Positions 1-10,341 of a stretch of 64,000 bases of DNA are shown piece after piece (position 1 is the stretch's first letter; the number at the start of each line of letters is the position of its first letter). The stretch is from positions 608,001-672,000 of the forward strand of contig CM000434.1 in the NCBI GenBank assembly GCA_000165345.1. Reading direction: 5' to 3'. Position numbers and translations under genes: made by a program. A model generated the notes under the pieces. It was not told the DNA's origin, made no database searches, and saw only the letters and a list, made by a program, of their open reading frames with translations.

Positions 1-417
1 AGTTTCTAAAATATGGCCAGCTTCTTTTGGACTCCAAGCAAGAAACAGAGTCATATTTAAGTCAAAACAAATATCAGTAACTTCCAAAATAGCCGCATCA
101 ATCGCACCAGAAGGAGGAATATCCACCAGACATAATAAAATTCTGACTTTATAGTTCTTCTGCAAGGATTCGATCCTCTTCCTCAAATATTGGTTGTGAA
201 GCTTGTGATATTTTATGCTAATAAAAACCACAGCATCATACTTACCAACAAGAAAGTCTGGTACAATATTCTGAAAATCGTAAGGGACATTACACACATG
301 AGCAAGTATTGGATTTCCTCTTTGTCTAGTACTGGCTATTATCATTTCCCCTGCCTTGTCATCAAAAAACTTAGGCTGGGATTCCTTCTTTACAATATCT
401 TCTTCTTGGCTTGACAT
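1..417 (-). CDS. ERCC1: DNA excision repair protein ERCC1, N-terminal part; the gene runs off the left edge of the window. Start ATG on the minus strand at about 415-417.
   Basis: Minus-strand translation from the ATG (revcomp of cat at 415-417) gives MSSQEEDIVKKESQPKFFDDKAGEMIIASTRQRGNPILAHVCNVPYDFQNIVPDFLVGKYDAVVFISIKYHKLHNQYLRKRIESLQKNYKVRILLCLVDIPPSGAIDAAILEVTDICFDLNMTLFLAWSPKEAGHILE, with no stop before position 1. This follows the conserved ERCC1 central-domain pattern (RGNP...VPW/Y.F...PD[YF]..G....L[FY]LSL.YH.L.P.Y...R...L......R[VI]LL..VD......L.E........TL.LAWS.EEAG.YLE). It is not in the ORF track because it is truncated, and the listed 190..414 plus-strand ORF is antisense to it. 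Confidence 0.7.
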   Translation of the reverse strand, partial: MSSQEEDIVKKESQPKFFDDKAGEMIIASTRQRGNPILAHVCNVPYDFQNIVPDFLVGKYDAVVFISIKYHKLHNQYLRKRIESLQKNYKVRILLCLVDIPPSGAIDAAILEVTDICFDLNMTLFLAWSPKEAGHILET

Positions 418-706
418 GATTAAACTCTTCCAAATAAAATAGACCCTAAAAATGCTTTTGTCAGATTAACACAAGTTAAAAATGAATAACTGTCCAACAA
501 CCATATAGATATATATTTTCTAGACAAAGATATATAATTTTGCAAACTTTCGGTTCAGATTTTGCATGTAAAGTTTGCACTGACTACTTTTGAATTAAAG
601 AAGAAAATTGAAATATAATTGCAATCAACTTAATTTGCATTATAATTGTAAGCTCCTGCTAGAGAAGTTGTTTCTTCTTATTACTAATAGCAATTTTCTT
701 TAATAT

Positions 707-720
707 AAAAAAAAAAAAAA
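707..720. repeat. A14 homopolymer tract in the VAP-gene / ERCC1 divergent intergenic region
   Basis: Read directly: aaaaaaaaaaaaaa at 707-720. Confidence 0.6.
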
Positions 721-1175
721 GAAATTTAAAAACTATTATCTTTAACTGTGGGTAAATATTTACTTAATCATATTCAAAACCGCCAAAACTTTTGAATGTA
801 AAAGTTCCAATCGGATATTTCAGAAACTAGAGTAATTTTTCTCACTCTAATTTCTCCGGATTTTTTATTAAAAAGTTTTACAGGAAAAAAATATTTATTT
901 AATTGTTGCCCCTACATGTTTTGCTCGACAACTTTTTTACTGTACACAATTAAATGTCTCCAAGGCGCAAAAAGCCCTGGCCCAAATAAATTAAAATATA
1001 AGAAATCGACAGCGTGTACGTCTGGGTATCCTGGGTAAATAATTTTTAAATTATATTTATTGTACATCAAGCCACAATTAAATGTAAAGGACTCCCCCTC
1101 GCTTGAGAGTGTGATTGTACATTTAGAGGATTTTAACTGTTATATATACTTTGTGGAAATCATATACCTATAAGA

Positions 1176-1928
1176 ATGTCAATGGAAGGTGCAAAATTGG
1201 TGAGAGTGCATCCAGAAAAGGCTCTCGAGTTTCCGCTTGTGTTGTACAGCTCTGTGACAACTCCTCTTATTTTGGAGAATATTACATCTTCGACAGTAGC
1301 ATTTAAGATTAAGACTACAGCTCCAAGAGGTTATTTAGTACGTCCGAGCAGTGGGTTGATTCAAGCAGGCCAATCAAAGGAGATTCAGGTAATCCTGCAG
1401 CCTTTGCAATCAGTTGAACAAGCTTCTCCTTCTCACAGGTTCTTGATCCAAACTACAGCATGTGACAGTTCTGTTGAACAGCTTACTAAGGATTTCTGGC
1501 AGGACCTCAGCAAGGAACAACTCTTCGAACACAGATTATCAGTCATTTTTAAACAGGAAAACATGGGTGTGAATGAACCTCTCTCATCAAGCGCAGTTGG
1601 AACCTCGTCAAATGCATCTCAGGGAGTTCCAACATCTCTTATTTCTTCAGCAGCTGGATCTTCATCCAGTAATACTGCTCAGGCAGGTTCAATGGACTCA
1701 GAGTTTAAAAACAAATATGACGAGCTTGTTCAATATTGTCTGGCTTTAGAGAAGCAGAGCAATGAGCTTAAGGAGGAGGTGGTTTCTTTGAGAGAAAAAC
1801 TGGACAAATCTGAGTCTAAGCTCAAGTCCTCAAACCAGGGTAACATCGCACAAGGGTTTGAGTTCTGGCATATAATTGCTATGATTATTGTTGCAATTGT
1901 TGCCTTGAAACTAATCAACTACTTCTAA
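1176..1928 (+). CDS. VAP-type protein (VAMP-associated protein) with an N-terminal MSP (major sperm protein) domain, a coiled coil and a C-terminal transmembrane anchor
   Basis: ATG at 1176. The N-terminal 120 aa look like an MSP domain (VHPEKALEFP...TSSTVAFKIKTTAPRGYLVRPSSGLIQAGQSKEIQVILQP). A coiled-coil segment (ELKEEVVSLREKLDKSESKLK) is followed by a hydrophobic tail (FWHIIAMIIVAIVALKLINYF), i.e. VAP architecture. Confidence 0.75.
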   Translation: MSMEGAKLVRVHPEKALEFPLVLYSSVTTPLILENITSSTVAFKIKTTAPRGYLVRPSSGLIQAGQSKEIQVILQPLQSVEQASPSHRFLIQTTACDSSVEQLTKDFWQDLSKEQLFEHRLSVIFKQENMGVNEPLSSSAVGTSSNASQGVPTSLISSAAGSSSSNTAQAGSMDSEFKNKYDELVQYCLALEKQSNELKEEVVSLREKLDKSESKLKSSNQGNIAQGFEFWHIIAMIIVAIVALKLINYF

Positions 1929-2338
1929 TCAGTTTTTATATTAGTATACGGGGTCATTATGGGCTTCCTAATGTCAGTCTTAGTCAAATTATTAACTAGA
2001 ATCATCAAATATAGAATAGCTCATTTTGTCTAAATATTTATTTTAACCACATTAATATTTTGTTTTTTTTCTAATCTGCATTTTTTGATTCGATTGGCTT
2101 TTTACACGAGAATTCTAATCGAATTACCAAATTGAGTTTGTTCCAAGAAAATTTGATTTTTATTATTATTTCTAATTGAAAATTGGTTATAATAAATTTT
2201 ATGGAAAAATTTAAATTGAAAGTTTTTCAGTATTTTTGTCAGAAACCGCTGCCAAAAATAAATGGTCATATTTTTTGAATTTCTTTGAGCTTAACTGAGT
2301 ATTCAAAGAAAATATCAAAAGTTTGCAAATGTTAAATT

Positions 2339-5300
2339 ATGAAAAAAAAAGATGAAAAAGAGTTTGTTCCAAGCTGTGGGCATTGCCAAAACTATTTTCT
2401 TTACAAGAGAATAAGATCAATTATAGGAAAAGGTGAAAAGATAAATTTGACAAACTTATTTGAATTTAATTCATCTTCTAGCCAACCAAATGAATCTAAT
2501 CATAACATAGGAGGAAGACTTGTTTATACCAAAAATGGTAACTTTCTATTTCTCCAAGAGAATATTATGAATAAAAGTTCAAATCCAAGATTTGTTTTGA
2601 TACCATGCGAAATTTCTGGGAAATTTAGGTCAAACATAATGCTTAAATGTTGTGAGACAGAATTTTCATTTGTTTCTTGTTGGATAATCATAAGAAATTG
2701 GGCAATTGTGAAAATGAAGACTGGAGAGCCAAGTGCTCCTTTAAGAAGCATCCTGCTTAATAGGCATTTAAACCCCTCTAAGTTTCAGGACGAAAGTACA
2801 ACCTTTAAAGTCTTAAGAAAGAGGCTTTTATGTTTCAGTGCATCAACAGCTTTTTGGATACCATATACTTTTTCTAATGAAGAACATATAGTAAATGGGC
2901 TAAAGGGTATTCAAATTACAGGAATAATTACTCATATATCTACCGTGGTAATGCATAAGGGAAACAATAATATGAGCTCAACAAGTATGATAGTCAATGA
3001 TGAAAAAGCATCAATGATAAGTGGCTCTGAAACAAGTGACTCAGAAGAAATACAATTAAACTCACAGATTAATAAGTTTGGTATAGATGAGATTCTGAGA
3101 CCATCCGAAAATTCAGTGTGTGAATTAAGTTTTTCAATTGTAATAAAATCAATATCAAATAATCAAGAATTTGTAATTTTCTTCCCTGGAGTAAATCTCT
3201 CAATAAATAGATTTGTCCTGGAATGGAGGAATATTTACAGATTTGAAAATGTGATTGCAGGATCTGTATCAATTCATAACTTTGGAGAATCATCAAGAGA
3301 GAAAAAGTGTCTAATAGCTAATAAATGTACGTCAATAGTTGCAGAACCCGTAACTGAAGATATCTCAAGAACAATCTCCGAAACTCCTAAGTTAATTCAA
3401 ATTGAGAAAGTACTTGGATTTGGTGTATATGAAATAAAAACCGACAAAATACCTATTAAACTCTTTCTCCAAAATTCAAATATTCATGAGACATCATTAG
3501 GATGCTCAATTTCAAAAGGTTCAATTTTATGGGTTAGAAATTTTCGTGTAATTACCAAAGAATTTGGAGATCGTTCGCTTCCAATAGGGATTTCAATAGA
3601 ACCTTCATCTGACTGGGGACTAGAAAGACATTCTAAATTCGCATTAGAAAAAGTAACTGCCTTAAAAAAGACAATATGGGAAAACTTACCATTACATATT
3701 CAAACGATCGGTCACGAGTATTTGGAATTTAATGATTTTAATTCAGAAATCCATAACAATCCAGAGATTGTTTTCCATCATCCATGGGATATCAGAAACC
3801 TTTGCTATTTACATTATAGTCTTTATGTAGATTTGTTCAATTTAGTTAGAACTTCAGCAGATAAATCTCAAGTTCTTCCAATATTGCTAGTTCAGATTAT
3901 TTCAAACCAAAAAAGTGGCTCGCCAATTTCAGTTTCCAAGGATTTTGAAATCAAATATCCAGATGGGACAACAACTCCCCAAAATTCTTGCTCGCTCATT
4001 TGTAGTAACTGCTTGCATTTCCAAAATAATATTACTCATCCCAGCCAAACAGTTGAACTTAAATCAAAAGATTCACAACAGTGTCCAATATCTTGCACAG
4101 ATACATTGTTTGGACTCTGGAAAATTGCCTCGATTGAAGAATGGGTAGATTTGATTAAAAGCCTTGAAGTATCACAAAAACTTAGCTTAGGAAATTCATT
4201 TTCCTCTAATATTACTTTATATATTGAATATTTGTATTATATCAGAGGCGATGTCAGAAAACTACCTATATATCAAAAAAATCAAAAGAATGATAAAACT
4301 AGTGATGTCTCGAATAATGTTAATAGCCTCAGATGTTCGTTTATTGCAGAGGAAAGCTTTCCTGTATATATAGGTTCTTTTGGCCATTTTCTAGCTGAAG
4401 TTATCATGGAAAAGGCTTTTGAATCAAATGCTTGGATCTCAAATGTGTATTTCATCAAGACACCTTCCTTATATGACTCAAAAAATAACTATTATCCACT
4501 ATTTATTGATTGTAATTCAGAAGTAAATTTTTTATTCAATTCAAACTGCTCAAAATATTCTTTTGAAAAAAAATTTGTATTTATCAAGAAAGCAATGTTA
4601 AGATTATACAATCAAAGGATTTCGTTTTTTGTCAAAATTTCAGATATTGTATGTATTAATTTTGAAAATTGTTTCCTTAAACCTCCAATTTCACAAGGAA
4701 TTCTTTCAGGAAATCAAATAAGAGGAATTTTATTATTTATTTGCGATAAAGAAATTCAAAGCTCAGTTGAAGGATGCAAGCAGTATTTACATTGTCTCCC
4801 ATTTTTTAAAACATATTCAAAACTTTCTAAATTAGGAATTCAATTTGATAAGAATGAAATAATTGAATCTCAAATAGAAAAGTTTCAAGTACCTCCTAAT
4901 TGGTATTCATTCACAAGTGTTTCAAGGTTTGTGTTAATTCTAGATAGACCAATTTTACAAAATTCTGAAGTTTTGCTATCTGAAATTCAGGAAAAAGAAT
5001 TTTTTGAAGCCATTAATACATTTGATATTGAAAAGATTGAATATTTAATAATTAAAGAACTTGTTTTTCCATCCCAGTTTTCTTCAGATGCTATGAATTT
5101 TGACAAAACTAAATCATATATAGAAATAAAGCTATTGGGTAACAATAACGAATCTATATTATGGCCTGAATGCTTAAAATCCCCATTTTCCTATAAATTT
5201 GAAACCAATATTCAAGCTAATCAGGGTTCCTATACTGTATTTGATATTAAACATTGGACCGAATACTTATTTGAATGGCAGGTTCTTTCAAGGAGAAGTT

Positions 5301-7168
5301 CTATCATTTATAGATCCACAAAGGTTGCTAGGAATGAAATAATTAATTTTTTTACTAGCTTTTATCAGCAAATTTCTCTCGAATATGATAATGATTCAGA
5401 AATACAAATTTCTTTAGAAAGTGTAAAAATACTTGATATTATTCACTTCGTTGGACTCAATCCAAACAATAAGTATGGACGTTGGTCAATTATAAGAGTA
5501 ACTACAGATCTAAGTACTAAATTTAAGCCTGGAACTACAAATCTTCAGAGTATTTATTTGATTGCAGATCCTCCTTGGAACTCAGGATGGATTGACATTT
5601 GGTTCTCCGAGGAAGACGCTTTAACACATGATATTAAATTACTTCTCCCAGGGGAAACAGCATCTTTTACGAATATTAGAGTTGAAAAATTGGTCAATTC
5701 TTTCCCTCCTCTTTCTCCAGTTTCTGATATTATGATTTCTGTTTTAGATGAGTCTTTTGAATTTCCAGGACAAGATAAATCTATTTACTTTAATATGTAT
5801 GATCAATCTCAAACAAAATTGGAAAAGACAACATTTTCTGACTTTAATCAGGCTCAAACTGAAAGGAAAAAAACTGGAAACACTTTAAGTATTTTCAATA
5901 ATGGAGCAATTATCTTTAGAACATCAATTCAAAACGCAATGATCAAAAGAGATAAAGCTCAAATATATTCAAGTAGTCAAAATTTTAACAATCCTGGAAA
6001 AGATTTATTTTTTTCATATCTTTATTTTTCCCCCACCTCAATTTCAGATGTTGTCTCATATTATCATTTTGATCCAGGATATCAAGAATATATTCAGAAA
6101 GTCCATTGGAAAACATGTGATCCATGGATTGACAAATTTTTAATTTTGAATGGACCCAAAAAAATTGAAAAAGAACCTAATGACAACAAAAAGGATGAAT
6201 CTAACAAACTTGTAAATTCTTTCTCACAATCTAAAAACCTTAACAACTCTCATCAGATCTTTAATATTCATAAAATTCCAAATCCATATATTCTTGCCCC
6301 AGATGGAGCTCCAATTACTCGAAATTTTTTGTCTCTTATGAAAACCAATCATACATGTTTTATTGCCTTTAATAGAGCATACTGTATTGACACCGAAATA
6401 TCTACAGATATTTCTCAGATTAACTTTAATCCTAGTTTCAGCCCAATACTAAACTTTGATGAATTCAAAAGCATAGATCCAGATTTAGTGTTTTCGCTCA
6501 AAAGTTCAATATTGCATATTCAGAAAATCAGTTTAAGCTGGTTTTGTCTTAATTGTCTTCAGACAATTGTAGGAGACTCAGTTTGTCTTTGTGGAGTGGA
6601 TATTGGAAAATCATCTCTTTGGAAATCTCTTGCAATTTATTTAATTGGAGCTTTGGAGATAGAAACAACAGATTCAATGCCCAAGATACTTCCCTTTACC
6701 ATGTCAAACTGGAACGTGATCAAACTTCTTGCTTATGTAGATAAAATCGGTGATCAAGAGATAGAATCAAAAATCTTATACAATCGCATTATTGAACTTG
6801 CTGATATCATTTGGAATCACATGGAAGGTTTAAATAACTCTTTAGGAATTCAAACAATATACTCTTTTGGAAAAGCCCCAACAAATTGTGAATTTCTGAG
6901 TTCTATGGAAGATAATTCAGAAGAATGTAAGCCTGTTGGGATAATTGGACAAGTACAGTTGTTTGATAGAGATAAAGCTCTTAATATACCTACTGACCCT
7001 ATTTCTAATTTGGAAATGGAAGTATGTCTAAGATGTGTCCAATCTTCAAATAAAAATACGCTTTCATACATTTATTTACACGTAATTAGATGGAAGGTCA
7101 GAAACACCAAGTTAGAACTAGAAGAAAAACTCAAAAATATTAATTTTCAATTTGATCTTGAAATTTAG
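2339..7168 (+). CDS. Very large (1609 aa) hypothetical protein with no domain I can recognise
   Basis: A 4.8 kb uninterrupted ORF starting at ATG 2339. It is Cys-containing, Asn/Ser/Ile-rich and of low complexity, with no motifs recognisable by eye. Its TAG stop at 7166-7168 overlaps the stop of the convergent gene at 7165. Confidence 0.55.
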   Translation: MKKKDEKEFVPSCGHCQNYFLYKRIRSIIGKGEKINLTNLFEFNSSSSQPNESNHNIGGRLVYTKNGNFLFLQENIMNKSSNPRFVLIPCEISGKFRSNIMLKCCETEFSFVSCWIIIRNWAIVKMKTGEPSAPLRSILLNRHLNPSKFQDESTTFKVLRKRLLCFSASTAFWIPYTFSNEEHIVNGLKGIQITGIITHISTVVMHKGNNNMSSTSMIVNDEKASMISGSETSDSEEIQLNSQINKFGIDEILRPSENSVCELSFSIVIKSISNNQEFVIFFPGVNLSINRFVLEWRNIYRFENVIAGSVSIHNFGESSREKKCLIANKCTSIVAEPVTEDISRTISETPKLIQIEKVLGFGVYEIKTDKIPIKLFLQNSNIHETSLGCSISKGSILWVRNFRVITKEFGDRSLPIGISIEPSSDWGLERHSKFALEKVTALKKTIWENLPLHIQTIGHEYLEFNDFNSEIHNNPEIVFHHPWDIRNLCYLHYSLYVDLFNLVRTSADKSQVLPILLVQIISNQKSGSPISVSKDFEIKYPDGTTTPQNSCSLICSNCLHFQNNITHPSQTVELKSKDSQQCPISCTDTLFGLWKIASIEEWVDLIKSLEVSQKLSLGNSFSSNITLYIEYLYYIRGDVRKLPIYQKNQKNDKTSDVSNNVNSLRCSFIAEESFPVYIGSFGHFLAEVIMEKAFESNAWISNVYFIKTPSLYDSKNNYYPLFIDCNSEVNFLFNSNCSKYSFEKKFVFIKKAMLRLYNQRISFFVKISDIVCINFENCFLKPPISQGILSGNQIRGILLFICDKEIQSSVEGCKQYLHCLPFFKTYSKLSKLGIQFDKNEIIESQIEKFQVPPNWYSFTSVSRFVLILDRPILQNSEVLLSEIQEKEFFEAINTFDIEKIEYLIIKELVFPSQFSSDAMNFDKTKSYIEIKLLGNNNESILWPECLKSPFSYKFETNIQANQGSYTVFDIKHWTEYLFEWQVLSRRSSIIYRSTKVARNEIINFFTSFYQQISLEYDNDSEIQISLESVKILDIIHFVGLNPNNKYGRWSIIRVTTDLSTKFKPGTTNLQSIYLIADPPWNSGWIDIWFSEEDALTHDIKLLLPGETASFTNIRVEKLVNSFPPLSPVSDIMISVLDESFEFPGQDKSIYFNMYDQSQTKLEKTTFSDFNQAQTERKKTGNTLSIFNNGAIIFRTSIQNAMIKRDKAQIYSSSQNFNNPGKDLFFSYLYFSPTSISDVVSYYHFDPGYQEYIQKVHWKTCDPWIDKFLILNGPKKIEKEPNDNKKDESNKLVNSFSQSKNLNNSHQIFNIHKIPNPYILAPDGAPITRNFLSLMKTNHTCFIAFNRAYCIDTEISTDISQINFNPSFSPILNFDEFKSIDPDLVFSLKSSILHIQKISLSWFCLNCLQTIVGDSVCLCGVDIGKSSLWKSLAIYLIGALEIETTDSMPKILPFTMSNWNVIKLLAYVDKIGDQEIESKILYNRIIELADIIWNHMEGLNNSLGIQTIYSFGKAPTNCEFLSSMEDNSEECKPVGIIGQVQLFDRDKALNIPTDPISNLEMEVCLRCVQSSNKNTLSYIYLHVIRWKVRNTKLELEEKLKNINFQFDLEI

Positions 7169-8874
7169 TTAAGATACATTCTTTTGCTACTTCTTTTGCA
7201 AAGAACTAACTTAATAAGTAAAAGTATTAATATTATAAAAGATATTAATGCATAGAATAAAATTGAATAAATGCTTGAGCTCATCTGTAACTCTTGGTAG
7301 TAAATATAATTATTAGGAAAACCCATCTTTGTAAGCTTGTTAATTAATTGGATTGGGAATAGCTTTTTTATTGGAATATGAAATATTGAGGGTATAATAT
7401 TAAAACTTGAATTACCTGCAATACTAATTGTGTAATTCTTTTCTGGAACGAACAAGCGAATATATTTATATAAACTTGGATCAGAAAATATACCTGTAAT
7501 CATGAGGTAGAGCCCATATGATATTACTGATTTACTAGATTTATTTAAATTAAAGAGTTGGAACCTTGGTATAACTTCCATTAGTGTCGTTAAAAACGAC
7601 CCCATGAAGAATACTGCCACCATATGTGGTATAATCCAATATAAGTTGAACGAATTAGCAACAATGTCAATGATTGAGAACTTGGAAATGTTTGGAATTT
7701 CAAATATGAAATGTATTAATATCAAATTCAGCATGAAAAAGATCACAACAGAAATTGATGATAAACAAAGAATACTGATAGAGCTCATTCTACCAATTGG
7801 AGTTATAGAATCTATCTCAAACCTTTCCTTGAATTTTTTAGTGAGGCCAAATAGATTTTTATAAAGGATGGCAAATATAAGAGATCCAATTGCAGATCCA
7901 AGTAGGAAAACTACGCAATTTAATGTATAATAAGTCAAATTTAAACTTAACAGATATGCATCTGAACGATCTCCATTAAATCCCAAATCTTCATATCTTT
8001 CAAAAGAAAATGATGAAGTTATCTGATAGAAACTATATATTTCACTCACTATATTTGTGAATAATCCTACCAAAAATATCACAAAATAGATGATAATTAT
8101 TTTTATTTTGTCTTTGCTTTCATCACTATTATTTGAGATGCTGCTTTCCAATTTCTTGTAGTAGTAATTATCCTGAAGAACCATTTCAAGAGCTGAATTA
8201 TTATTTGAGCTCTTAAAGTCCTTATAAATAGAAATGACAAGTACAAGAGAAATTAATGTTGAAACTCCTCCAGTAAGAATCCAAATTATACGAGAATATG
8301 TTGTGACAACTTCATCATTTCCTTTTAGATAAACCATTGTAGAAACTGCAATAGATAAAAATGATCCAAAACTCTTGTAGCAAGATACTGCTCCAAATAA
8401 CTTGGCTGTTTCAGGGCTATTAAGTTTATAGTTTACAGAAATGACTTGTACTGATGGCTCCAATGCTCCATATGAAAAAGAAAGCAAATATCTACAGAGA
8501 ATCAAAGTAATGTACGAACTAGAAAATGGTTGTATCATAGATATCAAGCCACAAACCATAAATGATATACTTAAAACTATTTGTGGCTTCAAATAATTGC
8601 AAACTAGACTCCAAAACAAAAAGCCAATGCATCCAATAAGATGTTGGGAAAAAAGTATCCATTCTGAGTTCAAATAACCTGCTGATTTCCTCCAAATATA
8701 TCCAAATAAAAGCATATTTACAAATAACCTTTCGCTGAATCCTTGCAATAGACACATAAACAGTGTAAATTTGAATGAATGAGAAATTGGTCTAGATTTA
8801 GAGATGGTTACATTTTGACTTTCCTCGCTGTAGTCTGAAGTAAAATCACTAGAAGTTGTTTCTTCTCTAATCAT
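7165..8874 (-). CDS. Polytopic membrane protein, probably a 12-TM MFS-like or folate-biopterin-type transporter
   Basis: ATG is the revcomp of cat at 8872-8874. The 569 aa product has about 11-12 hydrophobic helices arranged 6 + central loop + 6 (e.g. LFMCLLQGF, IGCIGFLFWSLV, LSISFMVCGLISM, IWILTGGVSTLISLVLVI, IIIYFVIFLVGLF, CVVFLLGSAIGSLIFAIL, ISVVIFFMLNLILIHFIF, MVAVFFMGSFLTTL, SILFYALISFIILILLLI). The family assignment is inferred from topology only. Confidence 0.55.
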   Translation of the reverse strand: MIREETTSSDFTSDYSEESQNVTISKSRPISHSFKFTLFMCLLQGFSERLFVNMLLFGYIWRKSAGYLNSEWILFSQHLIGCIGFLFWSLVCNYLKPQIVLSISFMVCGLISMIQPFSSSYITLILCRYLLSFSYGALEPSVQVISVNYKLNSPETAKLFGAVSCYKSFGSFLSIAVSTMVYLKGNDEVVTTYSRIIWILTGGVSTLISLVLVISIYKDFKSSNNNSALEMVLQDNYYYKKLESSISNNSDESKDKIKIIIIYFVIFLVGLFTNIVSEIYSFYQITSSFSFERYEDLGFNGDRSDAYLLSLNLTYYTLNCVVFLLGSAIGSLIFAILYKNLFGLTKKFKERFEIDSITPIGRMSSISILCLSSISVVIFFMLNLILIHFIFEIPNISKFSIIDIVANSFNLYWIIPHMVAVFFMGSFLTTLMEVIPRFQLFNLNKSSKSVISYGLYLMITGIFSDPSLYKYIRLFVPEKNYTISIAGNSSFNIIPSIFHIPIKKLFPIQLINKLTKMGFPNNYIYYQELQMSSSIYSILFYALISFIILILLLIKLVLCKRSSKRMYLN

Positions 8875-9078
8875 TTTCTTATGGTTTATTTTGATTGACT
8901 TTAAGTCTTAATTTTTCATTTGAATTTTATTAAAGGAAAAACATGTATTTAATAGAGCCCGCCAATAATTTAAGATCCAATAACTTTGTCAAAAATTTCA
9001 AATTTGGAAATAATAATAATTTAACAGAAAGCCAAAACGTGAATTAAGCTTTTTAAATTACACACTGATTTCAATTCC

Positions 9079-9105
9079 TGAACTACAGAGAGTGTCCGTA
9101 GTTCA
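9079..9105. repeat. Short hairpin: 8-bp stem tgaactac / gtagttca with an 11-nt loop, lying between the DnaJ gene's 3' end and the transporter gene's start
   Basis: Read directly: 9079-9086 tgaactac, loop agagagtgtcc, 9098-9105 gtagttca (exact reverse complement). Confidence 0.4.
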
Positions 9106-9355
9106 AGTGAATGTATTCATTATTTTTGAAACATAGTGATATAACTTTGTCAAGTTTTTGTAAAAGCAGAAATACAAACATTAAGAAAAATTAAATTTGG
9201 CCACTTATTTATATGGCCAATTAATAAGTTAAATTTTTGGGATAATCCAAGATTCTTTGTATTCAATTTATAAAAATACAAGAAAATACATTTCTACTCA
9301 ATTTGTAATGAAAAAAGAGAATAAATCGAAACTAATGTACTTGTTTAAAGTATAA

Positions 9356-10177
9356 TTAACGATTTTGAGTTCTGCTTTGTCGGTGAGAACGAGTTCTATG
9401 AAGATTTCCAGTAGAAAGGGAAAAGCCATCGTTGAATTCTTGCGAGCTTCCTTGCCTTAGCATTCTATTTCTACTAGAACCTGAGGAATTGTCAGAGTTT
9501 CTGATAACCCTGTTTCCGCGTCCATCTTCTTCAATTTCTTGAACAGTCTCTCTAACAGTTCCATCTGCTAATCTTTCAGTAGTTTTAGTCCTAGTGATCA
9601 CTCTTCCATTTATAACACTTGTACTAGTAGAAACAGATTTTGAGACCCCTCCTTGGAATCCCATCCCAGAGCTGAATGAGGAAGATGAAAAGCTTTGCAT
9701 ATTTCCAAAACCTGAGCCTGATAGACCAAAATTACTAAATATTTGAGAATGTAAGTCGTCAAAAGGAGAAAGTCTACTCCCTCTTGATCTAGAAAACCCT
9801 CTACTACTTCTGGATGGCTCATTAAAGCCAGGAAATTCTCCGAAAGACGAAAATATGTCAAAAATATTGTTTGTACCAAAGAATTCTTCAAATATACGGC
9901 TGGCATGTCCCATACTAAAGTGACGATCAAATCCATGAAAATCAGATGAAAAGTCAGCAGAAACACCATCAGCTCCATAGGTATCATATCTATTCCTCTT
10001 TTCCGGATCAGAAAGAACTTCGTAAGCTTCTGCAATCTTTTTGAACATCTCCTCAGCTTCTTCTCTATTATCAGGGTTTTTATCAGGATGCCATTTTAAT
10101 GCTAATTTTCTATATGACTTCTTTATTTCACTAGTAGATGCATCCCTTTTAACTTCCAAAATTTCATAATAGTCCAT
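9356..10177 (-). CDS. DnaJ/Hsp40 co-chaperone of the DNAJB6/8 type: J domain, G/F-rich region and Ser-rich C-terminal region, no zinc finger
   Basis: J domain [37 protein letters not shown]...[14 protein letters not shown] with the HPD tripeptide. A G/F-rich stretch ([20 protein letters not shown]...[10 protein letters not shown]) follows, then an SSF/ST-rich region and a C-terminal [23 protein letters not shown] segment typical of DNAJB6-like proteins. Confidence 0.85.
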   Translation of the reverse strand: MDYYEILEVKRDASTSEIKKSYRKLALKWHPDKNPDNREEAEEMFKKIAEAYEVLSDPEKRNRYDTYGADGVSADFSSDFHGFDRHFSMGHASRIFEEFFGTNNIFDIFSSFGEFPGFNEPSRSSRGFSRSRGSRLSPFDDLHSQIFSNFGLSGSGFGNMQSFSSSSFSSGMGFQGGVSKSVSTSTSVINGRVITRTKTTERLADGTVRETVQEIEEDGRGNRVIRNSDNSSGSSRNRMLRQGSSQEFNDGFSLSTGNLHRTRSHRQSRTQNR

Positions 10178-10341
10178 GATCTAAGGTTTTTAGATACTTA
10201 AGTGTTGTTGATAAATCCAAAAATTCATTAACCTAGAATGATTACTAAAAAATAAGGCGCTAAATTTTTCCCCCTTGCCATACCGGCAATAAAAAAGAAT
10301 AGGAAAAATTTGCCTAAATAAATTTGTGGGAATTAGAAATT

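Noticed and set aside
190-414. 74-aa plus-strand ORF in the ORF track
   Set aside because: It lies antisense to a much better-supported ERCC1 reading frame on the minus strand and has no gene-like features.
1730-1918. Short antisense ORFs nested inside long genes (e.g. 1730-1918, 2524-2751, 3069-3296, 9610-10035, 10530-10877, 12300-12665, 12846-13178, 16023-16400, 16938-17199, 27105-27473, 44601-44865, 53793-54254)
   Set aside because: They are fully contained within, and antisense or out of frame to, long ORFs with clear protein-family signatures. This is typical spurious ORF noise in AT-rich sequence.
10324-10341. ORF-track N-terminal extensions with 'M' at TTG or GTG codons (10324, 18280, 29936, 41039, 43966, 50316, 53521, 57899, 60183)
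   Set aside because: The first codon is TTG or GTG in each case, which reflects bacterial-style start rules in the ORF finder. For a eukaryotic genome I moved each start to the first in-frame ATG, or found an upstream exon.
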